Part shown: positions 39,381 through 52,820 of the stretch, piece by piece
How the letters are laid out: each line of letters begins with the position of its first letter
Numbering within the stretch: position 1 is the first letter of the stretch
Source of the DNA: Octopus vulgaris
Taxonomy: Eukaryota
DNA: 64,000 bases
Direction of reading: 5' to 3'
Assembly (NCBI GenBank): GCA_951406725.2
Contig: OX597815.1
Coordinates: 162,688,001 to 162,752,000 of the forward strand
The notes under the pieces: model-generated
Told to the model about the DNA's origin: nothing
The model's database searches: none
The model's input: the letters and a program-made list of their open reading frames with translations, nothing else
Position numbers and translations under genes: made by a program

Positions 39381-40492
39381 GTCATGAATTTAGTAACAAA
39401 AGTCATTAAAGTTAAGAGAAACTTTTTGAATTACATTTAATTTTATTCCCCTGGTTTTCATCATCATCATCATCATCATTGTCGTCAATGTCATCATCAC
39501 CATTATTATCATCATCTTCTTTATTATTATTATCATCATTATCGTTATCATTGTCATTGCCACCACCAACATCGTCATCATCATCGTCATCATCATCATC
39601 ATTATTTAACTTCCATCTTCCATGCTGGCATGGGTTAGATAGTATGGCAGGATCTAGCAAGTTGAAGGACTGCATTGAGCACCAATGCCTGTTTTGGCAT
39701 GGGTTCTATACCTTGTTGCCAGTTCTAATGCCAGCATTTACCTAAAACTGAAGTATATGAATGCAAGTATGTGACACTGTGGTATTATTTAAAATATTGG
39801 TTTCAAATGTTGGCGCATGGCCAGCAATTTCAGGGTGGTGGTAGTTAAATCAATTACATCGACCCCAGTGCTCAGCTGGTACTTTTGATCTCAAGAGGAT
39901 GAAAGGCAAAGCTGACTGTTACAGAATTTGAACTCAGAATGTAAAGGACAAAATGCCACTAAGCATTTTGCTCAGCATGCTAACACTTCTGCCAACTCAC
40001 CAGCCTCAGACAATTTAAAATATTGGTTTCAAATTTTGGCACAAGGCCAGCAATTTTGGGGGAGGGGGTTAAGTCAATTGGATCAACCCCAGAATTCAAC
40101 TGGTACTTATTTTAGTGACCCTGAAAGGATGAAAGGCAAAGTTGACTTCAGCAGCATTTGAATCCAGAACATTAAGTATTATTTAAAATATTGAAAATCA
40201 TTTAAGACACTGAGGTACTTGTTTATATGTTTGAGACAACATTGGTTGAATCAAAATCATTGTTAACTCAGATGCTAACTTAACCAATTATTAAAATATT
40301 GGACAATAAAATAAATTTCCAGCCTGAAATAATAACCGAGATTGTTATTCTCAACTCAGTGGCAACTCCAGCACTTGGGCTGTTTGGGCTTAGCCTGAAT
40401 ATAAATTTAGTGAAGTGAATGTGTATTTGCAAGCTGATTTAGTTTAAGGGATAGCAGTGTTTTTATAATATATGGGCATTGATATGTTATCA

Positions 40493-40625
40493 ATCAGATA
40501 TGGTGCTCAAGAGAGACAACTGCGCTGGTATGGTCATGTGATGCATATGGATGAGGAGAGCTATGTGAAGAGGGAACCTGTGGAAGAGATAGACCCAGGA
40601 AGATGTGGGACAAGGTGATGAAGCA
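40493..40625 (+). mobile_element. RTE C-terminal fragment
   Basis: QERQLRWYGHVMHMDE..GRDRPRKMWD. Confidence 0.75.
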
Positions 40626-40726
40626 ACTCCTGCAAGCCTTTCTGTCTCTGATCTTTCTTTTAAACCTTATTTTGCTCACCCTTCCCTACTGACCATATGT
40701 CTTTTCATTATTTATTCATTTAAGGT

Positions 40727-41023
40727 GTGGAAGCACATGGCCTAGTGGTTAGAGCAGCGGACTCGTGGTCGAGGGATCGCGGTTTCGAATCTCAGACCGG
40801 GCGATGTGTGTGTTTATGAGTGAAACACCTAAGCTCCACGCAACTCTGTCAGAAGGTAATGGCGATCTTCTGCTGACTCTTTCGCCACAGCTTTCTCTTA
40901 CTCTTTCCTCCTGCATCTTGCAGCTCACCTGTGATGGACCGGCGTCCTGTCCAGGTGGGAAACCCATACGCCAAGGAAGCCAGGAAACCAGCCATTATGA
41001 GCCAGGCACGGCTCGAGAAGGAA
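40727..41023 (+). mobile_element. tRNA-headed SINE family C (V-domain-like centre)
   Basis: TGGCCTAGTGG and GTTTCGAATC boxes; CTGTGATGGACCGGCGTCCTGTCCAGG; related copy at 60558-60860. Confidence 0.8.
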
Positions 41024-42633
41024 CATTCATTTAAGGTGGCAAGCTGGCAAAAATCGTTAGCACGCCAGGTAAAATGCTTAGCAGCATTTCATCTGTCTTT
41101 ATTTTCTGAGTTCAGATTCCACCGGGGTCGACTTTGCCTTGCATCCTTTTGCAATCAATAAATTAAGTACCAGTGAATCAATTAGTTCCCACCCCCATCT
41201 GAGATTTCAGGCCTTGTGCCTTTAGTAGAAAGGATTATTTATTTATTTATTTTAGTAATCACTTGAATAAATATTTGACTGATCAACCTATCTCTCTTTA
41301 GAAATTTGTTCCATTTTAGCACCCATGTCTTATTTCTATGGCAAATAATTTATTTCATTGTTTGTTTTTTTTAGTATTTACGTTCATATTTTTCAGATTA
41401 TTTGGCATTCTTTCTTTTTATTTTGATTTAACTTTTTTTTTTACTTTACTTTTAGATACTGTTTTTTTTCTCCGAATTCTTTGAAAAATTAATTTTATTA
41501 TTATTTTTTTCTTTAGTATTTACTTTCATATTCTTTCTGATTATTTGGCATTCTTTTTTATTTATTTTACTTTTTAATTTTTTTTTTACTTTACTTTATA
41601 TACTGCCTTTTATTCTGAATTTGTATTTTTCTATGCCCATTGCTTCCTTGAAGTAAATCATAAATGCCAACATGCTGAGTACATCTATTTGCCTGTGGAT
41701 ACATATAGAGTCAGCTTACTCTTTTTCGTAGAGATGATGTTTCCAACCACCATGTAGTGTTCTGAAGATTAATCTGTTGGTTTCCATATCTGTACCGTTC
41801 TGTATATGGGTATACAAATGTATATATTTATCAATATATGTTTATATATGTATATATTATGTGTGTGTATACTCTTTTACTTGTTTCAGTCATTTGATTG
41901 CAGCCATGCTGGAGCACCACCTTTAGTTGAATAAATCGACTGTAGCACTTATTCTTTGTAGGCCTAGTACTTATTCTATTGGTCTCTTTTGCCAAACCGT
42001 TAAGTTACAGGGATATAAACACATCAACATCAGTTGTCAAGCAATGGTGGTGGGGGGATAAACACAGACACATAAGCATATATATATATATATATATATG
42101 ATGAAGCCTTCTGGCTTCACAGACCCCAGCAGAACCGTCCAACCCATGCTAGCATGGAAAACGGACGCTAAATGATGATGATGATGATGATGATATATAT
42201 GATGGGCTTCTTTCAATTTCCGTCTACCAAATCCACTCACAAGGCTTTGGTTGGCCTGAGACTATAGTAGAAGACACTTGTCCAAGATGTCACACAGTGG
42301 GACTGAAACCTGAACCATGTGGCTGGTAAGCAAGCTTCTTATTTCTTTATTGCCCACAAGGGGCTAAACACAGAGGGGACAAACAAGGACAGACAAATGG
42401 ATTAAGTCGATTATATTGACCCCAGTGCATAACTGGTATTTATTTAATCTACCCTGAAAGGATGAAAAGCAAAGTCAACTTTGGCGGAATTTGAACTCAG
42501 AACGTACTGGCAGACGAAATACCGCTAAGCATTTCACCTGGCATGCTAATGTTTCTGCCAGCTCTCCGCCTTATCAAGGTGAGGCTGTGTGGCAAGCTTC
42601 TTGCCACACAGCCTTGCCTATAATATATATATA

Positions 42634-43215
42634 TACAAGGGAGTACCCCCCAAAAACCAGAATTTTAGTTTTACATGTTTACACTTTTATCGACTTCAAA
42701 GTATTCTTCATTTGAAGTAATGTATCGGTCTAGATGCATTTTCCGCTGTTCAAAGCAGTCCTAGAACCCTTGCAAAGCGATACCTTTTAGCACCTGTATC
42801 GTTTTTTTTTCTTCACATCTTCCACATCAGCAAAACGTTTTCCTGTAAGGACTTTTTTCACTTGGGGTAACAGAAAAAAGTTGCAGGGAGCAATATTGAG
42901 TGAATAGGGAGGGTGGATAAGTGAGGTCATGCCATTTTTGTCTCACACTCAACGCAGTTTGCACAGGTGCATTGTCGTGATAAAACCGCCACTCTCCTCT
43001 TTGTCACAGGTCAGGGCATTTCCATCTCACTGCATCTCACAAATGCTTCAGAACTACCAAGTAGAATATCTGGTTAGCAGTTTGACCTGGAGGAACAAAT
43101 TCTGCGAGGCCAACTCCTTTCGCAACAAATCAGCATCGTCTTGATATTGGACTTCACTTGATGCACATTTTTGGGGTGTAGTGACATTGAATGCTTCCAT
43201 TGACTTGCTTGCTAT
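42634..43215 (-). mobile_element. Mariner transposase C-terminal half and terminal repeat
   Basis: WRFYHDNAP, HPPYSLNIAPCNFFL, GKRFADVEDVK and EYFEVD. Confidence 0.9.
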
Positions 43216-44019
43216 CTGAGATCTGTTAAATGATGTAGACACCTCTGATGAGACACCAGTAAGGGTGAAGATCAATTAATGCTGTTCATCATTTTAACCA
43301 TCAACAAGGAAATAGGTGAATTTGACATGTTTGCATATCTGCAACCTAAGTTTACATAAACACGAATCTATATACAAATGATAATGATGATATATGTTGG
43401 TGTATATGACTGAAATGTCATTAAATTAAAATCACCATCTATGTATCATACTAAATGCATATACCCCATAGAAAACATGATGCTGTGAAACTGTCCGAGA
43501 TAAAATTAGTGCTGGAAGACCTTGCATATTCCACTGACATGTGTACCCTTAAAGGGATTATCAAGGAAAATCAATGCACCAAGACTGGACCTTAGAATTA
43601 CACACTATGAAATTTGCACCCCAAATCACAAGACAGAAATTTACTCTGTTAGAGCACAACTATATTTTATTTTGATTTGTCAATTCTTATGGCACACAGT
43701 ATCTTTTTAGCTGTCACTTCCTGCCACTGAGTTATCATATAATGTATTTAAAAATAGATCAGAGAGTGTGTGTTTTTTGTGGGGTTATTTTGAGGTAGGG
43801 TGGTTTTTTTAAAAAAATTATCTGGTTTATTTAAGACAGTGTCATTCATGACTGAACTGGAAAAAAAAAATCGGTAAGGAATGTAGAGGAATGTAAATAT
43901 TGTTTCATCTTTTAGTTTTTAATATCTGTATTATGCACAAGATTGCATGTCAGGTGCAAGTTACATGACAAGGACCAAAAACCTATGCAAAACAGTCATA
44001 TTACAGAATGATATCTTTT

Positions 44020-44450
44020 CTCACCTGCTTTGGTGTTTCGAAACTTCCAAATTATTTCATGAAAAATTGGTTTGAAATCCAGCAAATGTTTGCAAAAATG
44101 CCTTACCATGCACATTGCAATTCTCTAATACAGGCTTAAATATTGATTCATAGATTTGACATAATTTATCAATCTTCTTGTCATCGATATCAATAATTTT
44201 TCTCATCTTCATGTTGAAATTACCAATTATTACTGACAAAGCCACACAAAAACGTTCAGGAATCTACTTTCCAATAAAAAAAAAACCTTCAGGAATCCAC
44301 TTTCCAATAACCAATAGGAGAAATTTCATCCACTCTGCTTCAAAAAAGATTATACCCTGTTCTGTAGTGGTTATAATCAATCCAATTCCTGTTCCTTTTC
44401 TCTAAATTTGACAATGATGGTATGAAGTACCATCGCCAGAATGGCTATAT
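44020..44450 (-). mobile_element. Old LINE endonuclease remnant
   Basis: VIIGNFNMK...NVHGKAFLQTF resembles the APE motifs GDFN / N.NG..L..F. Confidence 0.4.
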
Positions 44451-45104
44451 AGTTATATTATATGCTTTTAGACCCTATTTCAAATGTCGCAGTTATGATT
44501 CTCTCAACTCTATAATACCCAGGTGGAAGAGCCATTGATTAAGGTGTCTCCATATTTCTAAAGTGATTTCTTTGTACTATAATTCTTACAGTCTGCTTTT
44601 CTGAATACTTCTTCATATGTCTTCAACTTACAGTTTTCCAAATATTCATAAAGTTCTTTGCTATATATATATTCTTACAAACAGCAGACATTCTGCTATC
44701 TGTAAGAATACTTTATTACCCATTAATGCCAGCACCTAAATGTAAATTGTTCTTGTATGCTAACTAATTTCCTACCTTGGTTAACAATAATTTGGTCTTA
44801 CTTTACTAATTGATAATGTATTAAACCATATCCAGACATTCTACTACCTAGATAAATACAATTGAATAATTCCCTACCTTGTAAACCATAATTTATTTTC
44901 ACCTTAGTGATAGATAATGTATTAGACCATATTAAAACATTCTGCTATCTGCAAAGCTATGTATTTCTCACTGATGCTAGCACCTTTAATATAAACAGTT
45001 CTTATATGCTAACTATATCTAAGCTTACACTTAAGAGAAATATCAGTTTGTGTAACCAGCCCACTTATGTGTACCTTTCCTTCATTGGATACTAAACTCT
45101 GTTT

Positions 45105-45615
45105 GCAAAGACCTGTTGAGGCAAGTGAAATCGAAATCATATTTCATGATAGTGTCGCATGACTGGTATCTGTGCCAGTGGAGCGCTAAGAGCACCATCT
45201 GAGCGTGATTGTTGCCAGGGCTGCTGACTGGCTCCTGTGCTGGTGGCATGTAAAAGTACCATTCAAGCTTGATCGTTACCAGCGTCACCTTACTGACACA
45301 TGAAAAACAACATTTGAGTGAGGTCATTGCCAGTGCCGCTGGACTGACTCCTGTGCAGGTGGCATGTAAAATACACCATTTGAATGTGGCCTTTGCCAGT
45401 AATGCCTGACTGACCCTCGTGCTAGTGGCACGTAAAAGCACCCACTACACTCTCGGAGTGGTTGGCATTAGGAAGGTTGTCCAGCTGTAGAAAATCAGCC
45501 AGATCAGATTGGAGCCCGGTGCAGCCATCTGGCTCGCCAGTCCTCAGTCAAACCGTCCAACCCATGCCAGCATGGGAAGCGGACGTTAAACGATGATGAT
45601 GATGATGATGATAAT
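45105..45615 (+). mobile_element. RTE 3' UTR copy with diverged hairpin subunits
   Basis: AAGACCTGTTGAGGCAAG start as at 35925, several GTGCYRGTGGCAY units, and GAT tail. Confidence 0.85.
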
Positions 45616-46266
45616 GATATATATACATATATTTATACATACATATGTTTGTGTGTGCAGGTGCAACTATTGTTCTATTTTCACTATAGTTTATTGAAAC
45701 AGAAAATATATTGAATTCTTTTGACTTTTTAAATCCTACTTGAAAATTACTGTTTCTCAATACTATCTCTTTGTTTAAACTTTATATATCCTGCTGTTTG
45801 TTCTCTATTGAATTTATTTATATTACGTTTTATTATATCTTCATTATATTTTTCTATGTATTTTTAAATGCTTTCTAAAATTTCTTAGTTATTTCCTTGA
45901 CCATCCATTCCTTGTCTTTTGTCAACATTAAAGCTGGTCAATTCCTTAAACTTAATTCATATGATACAAAATATACTTATTATTTGCATTTCTTTTTATT
46001 GTCGACATACCAAGCTAATTTTGTCTTCTAAGCATTGGTGTAACCATGATGCTCTGGTGGGCTGAAGAGCTAGCCTTCTTTATCTGCATTGATTTGTAAA
46101 TGTACAATTGCATGTTACAATGCACAGCATGCATATTAGTGGAGACAATTAACATAATTTATTATACACTAAAATTATTATTACATGATGGAGACTGTGA
46201 AACAGCTGTAATCCTATGGATAAAAAGTAGTTAAATATGAATATATTTAACCTCCTGACTTTTTAT

Positions 46267-46355
<89 letters not shown>

Positions 46356-46560
46356 TAGCATGAAGATCATTATCTTTGTTTTATATACACACTCATAAAC
46401 TTAAGTTTCTTTCAGCCTCTGTCTGTGTATCCACTTACAAATCTTCGGTTGGCCTGGAATTATAGTATGACATGCCCAAACTACTACACCGTTGGATTGA
46501 ACCTGAAGCCATGTAGTCGTAATGCAAACTTCTTAACCACATAGCCATACCTGCAACTTG

Positions 46561-46661
<101 letters not shown>

Positions 46662-46830
46662 ATATATCCATATATATGTATATGTATCTATATATGTACA
46701 TGAGAGTTTGTGTCTATGTATGTATGAATGTATGTGCATGTGTGTATATATGCATTTATGCATGTATGTATGTTTGGTGATTATGTATATATATGTGTGT
46801 GTGTATGTGTGTGTGCATTATATATGTGTG

Positions 46831-47155
46831 TATACAAGGGGTAACCAAAAGTAACTGGAAATGTTCTCTGTGGGACAAGCCTGTTGCAGTTCAGGCTTCT
46901 GCTGCTAGAAGTCACTTGATGTAACCCTCAGGCATCAGTCTGCCAACCAGCATCATCGAATGAAGTCATACTGCCATGTGGTGTGTCTTTGTTTTATAGT
47001 CCCTCTCCTCTGTTTGTCAATTTTTGTGATGGCTGAAACAAAACAAACAGTGTGCTTCTGTGAAATTCTGTTTTCTGCTGGGGAAAATGGTAGATGAAAC
47101 AGTTGTCATGCTTCAAACAGCTTACAAGGATGCTGCCATGAGTGAAATCAATGTA
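46831..47155 (+). mobile_element. Mariner left end and transposase N-terminus
   Basis: TACAAGGGGTAACC terminus; QCASVKFCFLLGK...ETVVMLQTAYKDAAMS. Confidence 0.8.
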
Positions 47156-47695
47156 CTAGGCTCTATAGTATTTTAACATTTCACTTAGGCATTGTGAGAC
47201 CAATAACCCAGTGAAGAACTCAATATATGTATATTTCAGAACAAAGTGCTAGACAAGTACAGAGCGGTAATAAGAAAAGAGATGACAAAAGAATAGAAGA
47301 TTATCTTATGAACTTCATTAGCTTACAGCTGTTTCTGCTATAAGATGCAGTGGGCTCATAATTGAGTTCCTGAATAACTCCTTATAGCTTCATCAGAGCC
47401 TCAAAATGTAATTCTTTCCCTACAAAACTGCACTTCATATTTGGGACTCTGGTGAAGCTATAAGGTGGTATTCAAGCACTCAGGTATGAGTTCACTGCAT
47501 CTTATAGCAGAAACACCTGTAAGCTAATGAAGTTCCTAAGATAATCTTTTATTCCTTTGTCATCTCTCTTTCTTATTACTACTCTTATAATCAGCCAACA
47601 CTTTGTTCTTAAACATATGTACATTGAGTTCTACACTGGTTTATTGGTATCGCAATAACTAAGCAAAATATCAAAATACTGTAGTGCCTAGTGCC
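47153..47695. repeat. Fold-back element, about 255-bp arms, one hammerhead motif per arm
   Basis: 47153-47408 is the diverged reverse complement of 47436-47695. Confidence 0.9.
47320..47400 (-). ncRNA. Type I hammerhead ribozyme motif with canonical core (mirror copy 47445-47525 on plus has CTGGTGA)
   Basis: GGCT-CTGATGA-A-GCTATAAG...CTTATAGC-A-GAAA-CAGCTG-TA-AGCT; stem III ACAGCTGT is palindromic. Confidence 0.8.
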
Positions 47696-47847
47696 TTGAT
47701 TTATTCAGGTGCCTATAACACTTCTAAGACAGCCCTCCTCTTGTCTGACCCATGCAGTATTGTAAAAAAAAGATGTTAAAATGATTATGATTATGATGAT
47801 CACTGAGTATGGTTGTCTCCTTAGTGATTTGTAGATGTTTGAATACT

Positions 47848-48248
47848 TACTCTTTTACTTGTTTCAGTCATTTGACTGCGGCCATGCTGGAGCACCGCCT
47901 TTAGTCGAGCAAATCGATGCCAGGACTTATTCTTTGTAAGCCTAGTACTTATTCTATCGGTTTCTTTTGCCGAACCACTAAGTTACGGAGACGTAAACAC
48001 ACCAGCATCGGTTGTCAAGCGATGTTGGGGAGACAAATACAGACACACAAACTTATACACACACATACATATATATATATACATGTATATATACGACGGG
48101 CTTCTTTCAGTTTCTGTCTGCCAAATCCATTCACAAGGCTTTGGTCGGCCCGAGGCTATAGTAGAAGACACTTGCCCAAGGTGCCACTCAGTGGGACTGA
48201 ACCTGGAACCCTGTGGTTGGTAAGCAAGCTGCTTACCACACAGCCCCA
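47848..48248 (-). mobile_element. SINE family A, full length
   Basis: Reverse complement of the 6064-6472 type. Confidence 0.9.
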
Positions 48249-50684
48249 ACTACATTGTTATTACGAAACTTCCTCCGTTCAAAAATATGACTTACTTCCT
48301 ACAGTAGATTTTGCAATTCAAATTCCTTTGAAAATGATTTTAAAATCCACCAGCAATACATCTAAGAAAAGAGCCTTGTTGTAATCTGATCAGAAACTTA
48401 AGTGCCTATTGAATATGCTGATAATCCTGATTTTATATTTTAGCCATTTTTCCATATTTCTGCATGGCATTGGCGAATCACATGGACCATACATCGAAAA
48501 TTTTATTTCTCAATTTTTAATACCAGATTATAGAATGCAGAGTTCCATCAAAAGGCCTTTTTAAATCAAAAGCCTGAGTTAGGTCCTTTTCAAAGAATTT
48601 GGCTTGTAACTGTCATGTAAGAAATAAGAAATTTGTAGTTCTTTGTCTTCTTATAAATACATACTGGATTCTATTTAGTATTAGTCTTAACTTTGTTTTA
48701 AACTGGCTTTACTATAACTAAGTGCAGGTCTGTATGGTTAGGAAGTTTACATCCTAACCACATGGTTTGGGGTTCAATTCCACCCTGTGGATCCTTGGGC
48801 AAGTGTCTTTTACTACAGCCCCAAGCTAAGTGTCTACTGTATTCTACTACAGCCTTATGAGTGGAATTGAAAGAGAGAAACTGAAAAGAAGCCTCTGTGT
48901 GTGTGTGTGTTATTTGCATTCTCTGCATACTCAATCTCACATGTGTATATTCTCTTTTAGACTATGACTTGTGAGCGCCACCTGACTGACTCCCATGCTG
49001 GTGGCACGTAAAAAGCACTTACTACACTCTCGGAGTGGTTGGTGTTAGGAAGGGCATCCAGCTTCAGAAATCTTGCCAGATCAGACTGGAGCCTGGTGCA
49101 GCCTACTAGCTTGCCAGTCCTCAGTCAGACCATGTCCAACCCATGCCAGCATAAGAAAACAGACATTAAACGATGATGATGATGATGATGATGATGGTGA
49201 TGGTGATGGTGGTGGTGGTGGTGATGGTGATGGTGATGGTGATAATGATGATGACGATGACGACTTGGGATTGAGATAGAAAACTGGCAGAATCATGAAC
49301 ATGTTGGACAAAATGCTTAGCAGCATTTTTCCATTACATTCTGAATTCACACATTGTCTTTTGCCCATTCACAGTTGATAAAATAGGTGCCAGTCAAGTA
49401 CTGGGGTTGATGTAATCGACTCCCCCACCCACTCTGCCTTCCCTTAAAATTGTTGGCCTTGTGACAAAATTAGAAAGAATCATAACACAGAACTTCAAGA
49501 ATTTATCTCATCGTTAAAGCAATATAACCATATTTTCTGATATACAAATCGACATACTATATAGTGTAAACATGTAGGTGTAAACATTCAATAATTGTCA
49601 CTATCTTTACAAATCTCGATGCATTACATATGGAAGTTTTAGTCCTCCAAAGTCATCTTGGTGTTTAAATTGACCTGTCATTTTTGGCTGTAAATTTTGG
49701 TTTGAAGAATTCAATTTGTATGCTGGAAAATGTGATATATAGTCTTGTGCATATTGCCTTGTGTAGCGGTATTGAGTCTAATGTATATAATCATGGGTAG
49801 AAATATACACTTCATTTCATGTTGTTCCAGTTCACTTAGCTGGCAGAAATGAGTGATCCTTTAACGAACTGGTGTCCCTTTCAGGTGGGGAATATATACA
49901 CCATTGAAACTGGGAAACTAGCCCTTATGCGTCAGTATGACTTGAGAAGATGACTTTTACATTTACTTTATGGCTTAGTGGTTAGAATGTTACACTCATG
50001 ATCCTAAGATTGTGGTTTCAATTCCTGGACCGGGCAATGCATTATGCTCCTGAGCAAAAACACTTCATTCCATGCTGCTCCACTCCGCTCAGCTATCAAA
50101 CATGAGTAATCCTGAGGCTGACCAGTGTACCATCCTGGGGGGTGGAATATATAAACACCATGGAATCTGAGGAAACCTGCCTTATGTGCCCATTTGCTTG
50201 GGAAGGACCTTTGATCCTTCGCTTAATTGGAATAGATCTGAAATCAAAGAGTAGTAGCAGCAACAACAATGGTAATCACATCTAGTGTGGTGGCTCTCAA
50301 TGGATCTGCACAAATCTGGTTTCTTTGCTCATTTGCTTAGCGTATTCATTTTGGGTGTGTGTGTATGTACATATAGCTCTATGTTTGCAGTAGCTGTTGT
50401 GAAGTGGTCTGCAAAAAAAGAAAAAAAAAGCTACATTGTATAATACTATCTTTTACAAGCAGATATGTATCTTTGTACACACACACACACACACACACAC
50501 ATGCGTATGAATATCTGTACACATGCACATATATTTGTTGTAAATAAAGTAACTCAGTATATATACAATGCAGTAGTTATGTACAGAAACTATAGAGCTG
50601 TGTATGTGTGTGTGTGTGTGTGTGTGTGCGTGTGTGTGTGTGTGCGTGCGTGCGTGTGTGTATGTGTGTGTGTGCATGTGTGTA

Positions 50685-50767
<83 letters not shown>

Positions 50768-51564
50768 ATGCATGTGTGGATGGTGTAAAAATAGAAAACA
50801 AAACATTTAGCTGGAAATAGAATTCTACAGCAGATTGTTGAAAAGTATTTGTTTGACCTTTATAACTTACGTTTGCGAGAAAAATCAATACAGAATCAGC
50901 CTAATGAGAACGACTGTGATAATGATGATGACAAGGACGAGGACGACGAAGACGATGAAGATGACGACGACGACAACGACAACGACAACAACAGCAATGA
51001 CAGCAACGATGACGACGATGATGATGAATGTGCCGTGTTTACAAGTTTCTGAAAAATTCAAATAGATAAATATATAAATAAATAAATAAGAGAAATAAAA
51101 TAAAGAAGAATTTTCCCCAATTGTATGCTTTAGTGCTGTAAACAATTTATATCTCATTTTTCACATCATCAACATTTTCATCCCATTGGGCTACATCTAA
51201 CTGAATGTATATGAATATTCTTATTTTTGTTTCTGTATTGTATTTATAAAGGTACGACAAAAGAAAGCAAAAGCAAAAGCTAAACATGGCTTCTCAAGGT
51301 AAAAAAAAAAAAAAAAAAGCGGGAGCAGAATAGAATTGCTTAAGTTAAATAAATCAAGTAAAAGTGATTAGAATTTGAAGCACTCATTAGTCAAACGAAG
51401 TGGAAGTATTTCTTCTTTGCTTTTACTTTGTCTAAATGCTTGCACAACATGTATATGTAGTAGCTCTTGTCACTGCATGGTTATTGATAGGCAGGTTAGA
51501 AATTTATTCTGCATTCACTGCATTCTACTAATGGAACTTTTTTTTCCAGAATATCATTGCTTTA

Positions 51565-51975
51565 TAGTATCTTGGAGCCTTGATATCAAACTTAGATAAG
51601 GAACTTAATGCTGGTATAGCTCAAGTGTGGTTGGCATCGAAAAATATGGCAATCGTATGGAAATCTAACTTAAACCAAAAGCTGAAATTTAGATTCTTCA
51701 GAGCATATATAAGGCAATAGATATTCTTTACAGTAAGGAACTCAATGCTTGTATGGCTGAAGTGTGGTTGGCATCGAAAAATATGGCAACCATATGGAAA
51801 TCTAACCTAAACCAAAAACTGAAATTTAGATTCTTCAGAGCATATATAAGGCAATATACATTCTTTACAGTAAGGAACTCAATGCTTGTATGGCTGAAGT
51901 GTGGTTGGCATTGAAAAATATGGCAACCATATGGCAATCTAATCTAAACCAAAAGCTGAAAAGATTCTTCAGAGT
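51565..51975 (+). mobile_element. RTE/RTEX-like LINE RT fragment with a 137-bp unit repeated about 2.8 times
   Basis: YLGALIS..KELNA.IAQVWLASKNM..VWKSNL..KLKFRFFRA; units start at 51597, 51734 and 51871; the LINE continues at 55455-55570 (LVYGAEIWTLTK). Confidence 0.75.
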
Positions 51976-52808
51976 ACCTTTGAATTGTCAGGCAACATTC
52001 CATGTTTGAGGAGACCTATTGAGTCAAGTAAAATCAAAATTCAAATCAAATCATAATCAAATGGAAATTGTAGTTGTGGCCGATGCCAGTGCCACTTGAC
52101 TAGCTCTCGTGCTGGTGGCATGCAATAAGCACCATGCATGCGTGGGTGGTTGCCAGTGCCACCTAACTGGCTCCCCATGTTGGTGGCATGTAAAAGCACT
52201 GTAACGAACTTAGTGTGCGTGAATATCTTCTCTTGTACTTTCGGGGTACAAGAAAGCAATCACTATACGTTGCTTTAATAATCCAGAATTCTACCAGTCA
52301 GAAACAACAAGACGCAGACGTAAAAGATATATATACTACTTTATTCTCTAATGTGGTAACAGTAACAATAAGTGGTTATCTGATGTCCTTGGTTCTGGGC
52401 GCGCAAGGCTGAAAGTTAATGGATTGTAATATTTACAATGTTCAGCCGCTAAAAACAGAACGAGTTAAAGATGGCGTCCGGAACAGGGAAGATGAATGTG
52501 GTCGGCAACAATTTGGTTAAAAGCTTTCGGCCGACTGCTATCAAAGCTGGACAGCGAGAAAATACACGTCCGTCGCCTTCGGTCGCCGCTGTCCCAAGTC
52601 GTTGGCTGCTGCTGCTAGCGGTCAAACGTTCTACGACCCCCTTGCCTTGGCTAACTACCACGTAGGCAAAAGGGTCGTGCTTCTGGTGGTTTGCGCATGC
52701 GCGAGAGGGCCCTTCCTTTCTGTGCCTTGGTGAAGGCACCAACACTCGCACGCGCGAAATAGAAAATGGACGGTGCGCGCGCGCGCACCGTTATATAGGA
52801 TCACTACA

Positions 52809-52820
52809 AGGCTCCCCTCC
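52809..52820 (-). promoter_or_regulatory. Polypurine tract of the LTR element
   Basis: GGAGGGGAGCCT immediately before the 3' LTR on the minus strand. Confidence 0.75.

Noticed and set aside
50900-51030. Acidic Asp-rich ORF (also 39460-39600 and 49170-49262)
   Set aside because: These are degenerate (GAT/GAC)n microsatellites without splice context.
52449-52751. 100-aa and 64-aa ORFs duplicated at 54.6 kb
   Set aside because: They are duplicated only because they lie in the LTRs, and show no recognisable domain.
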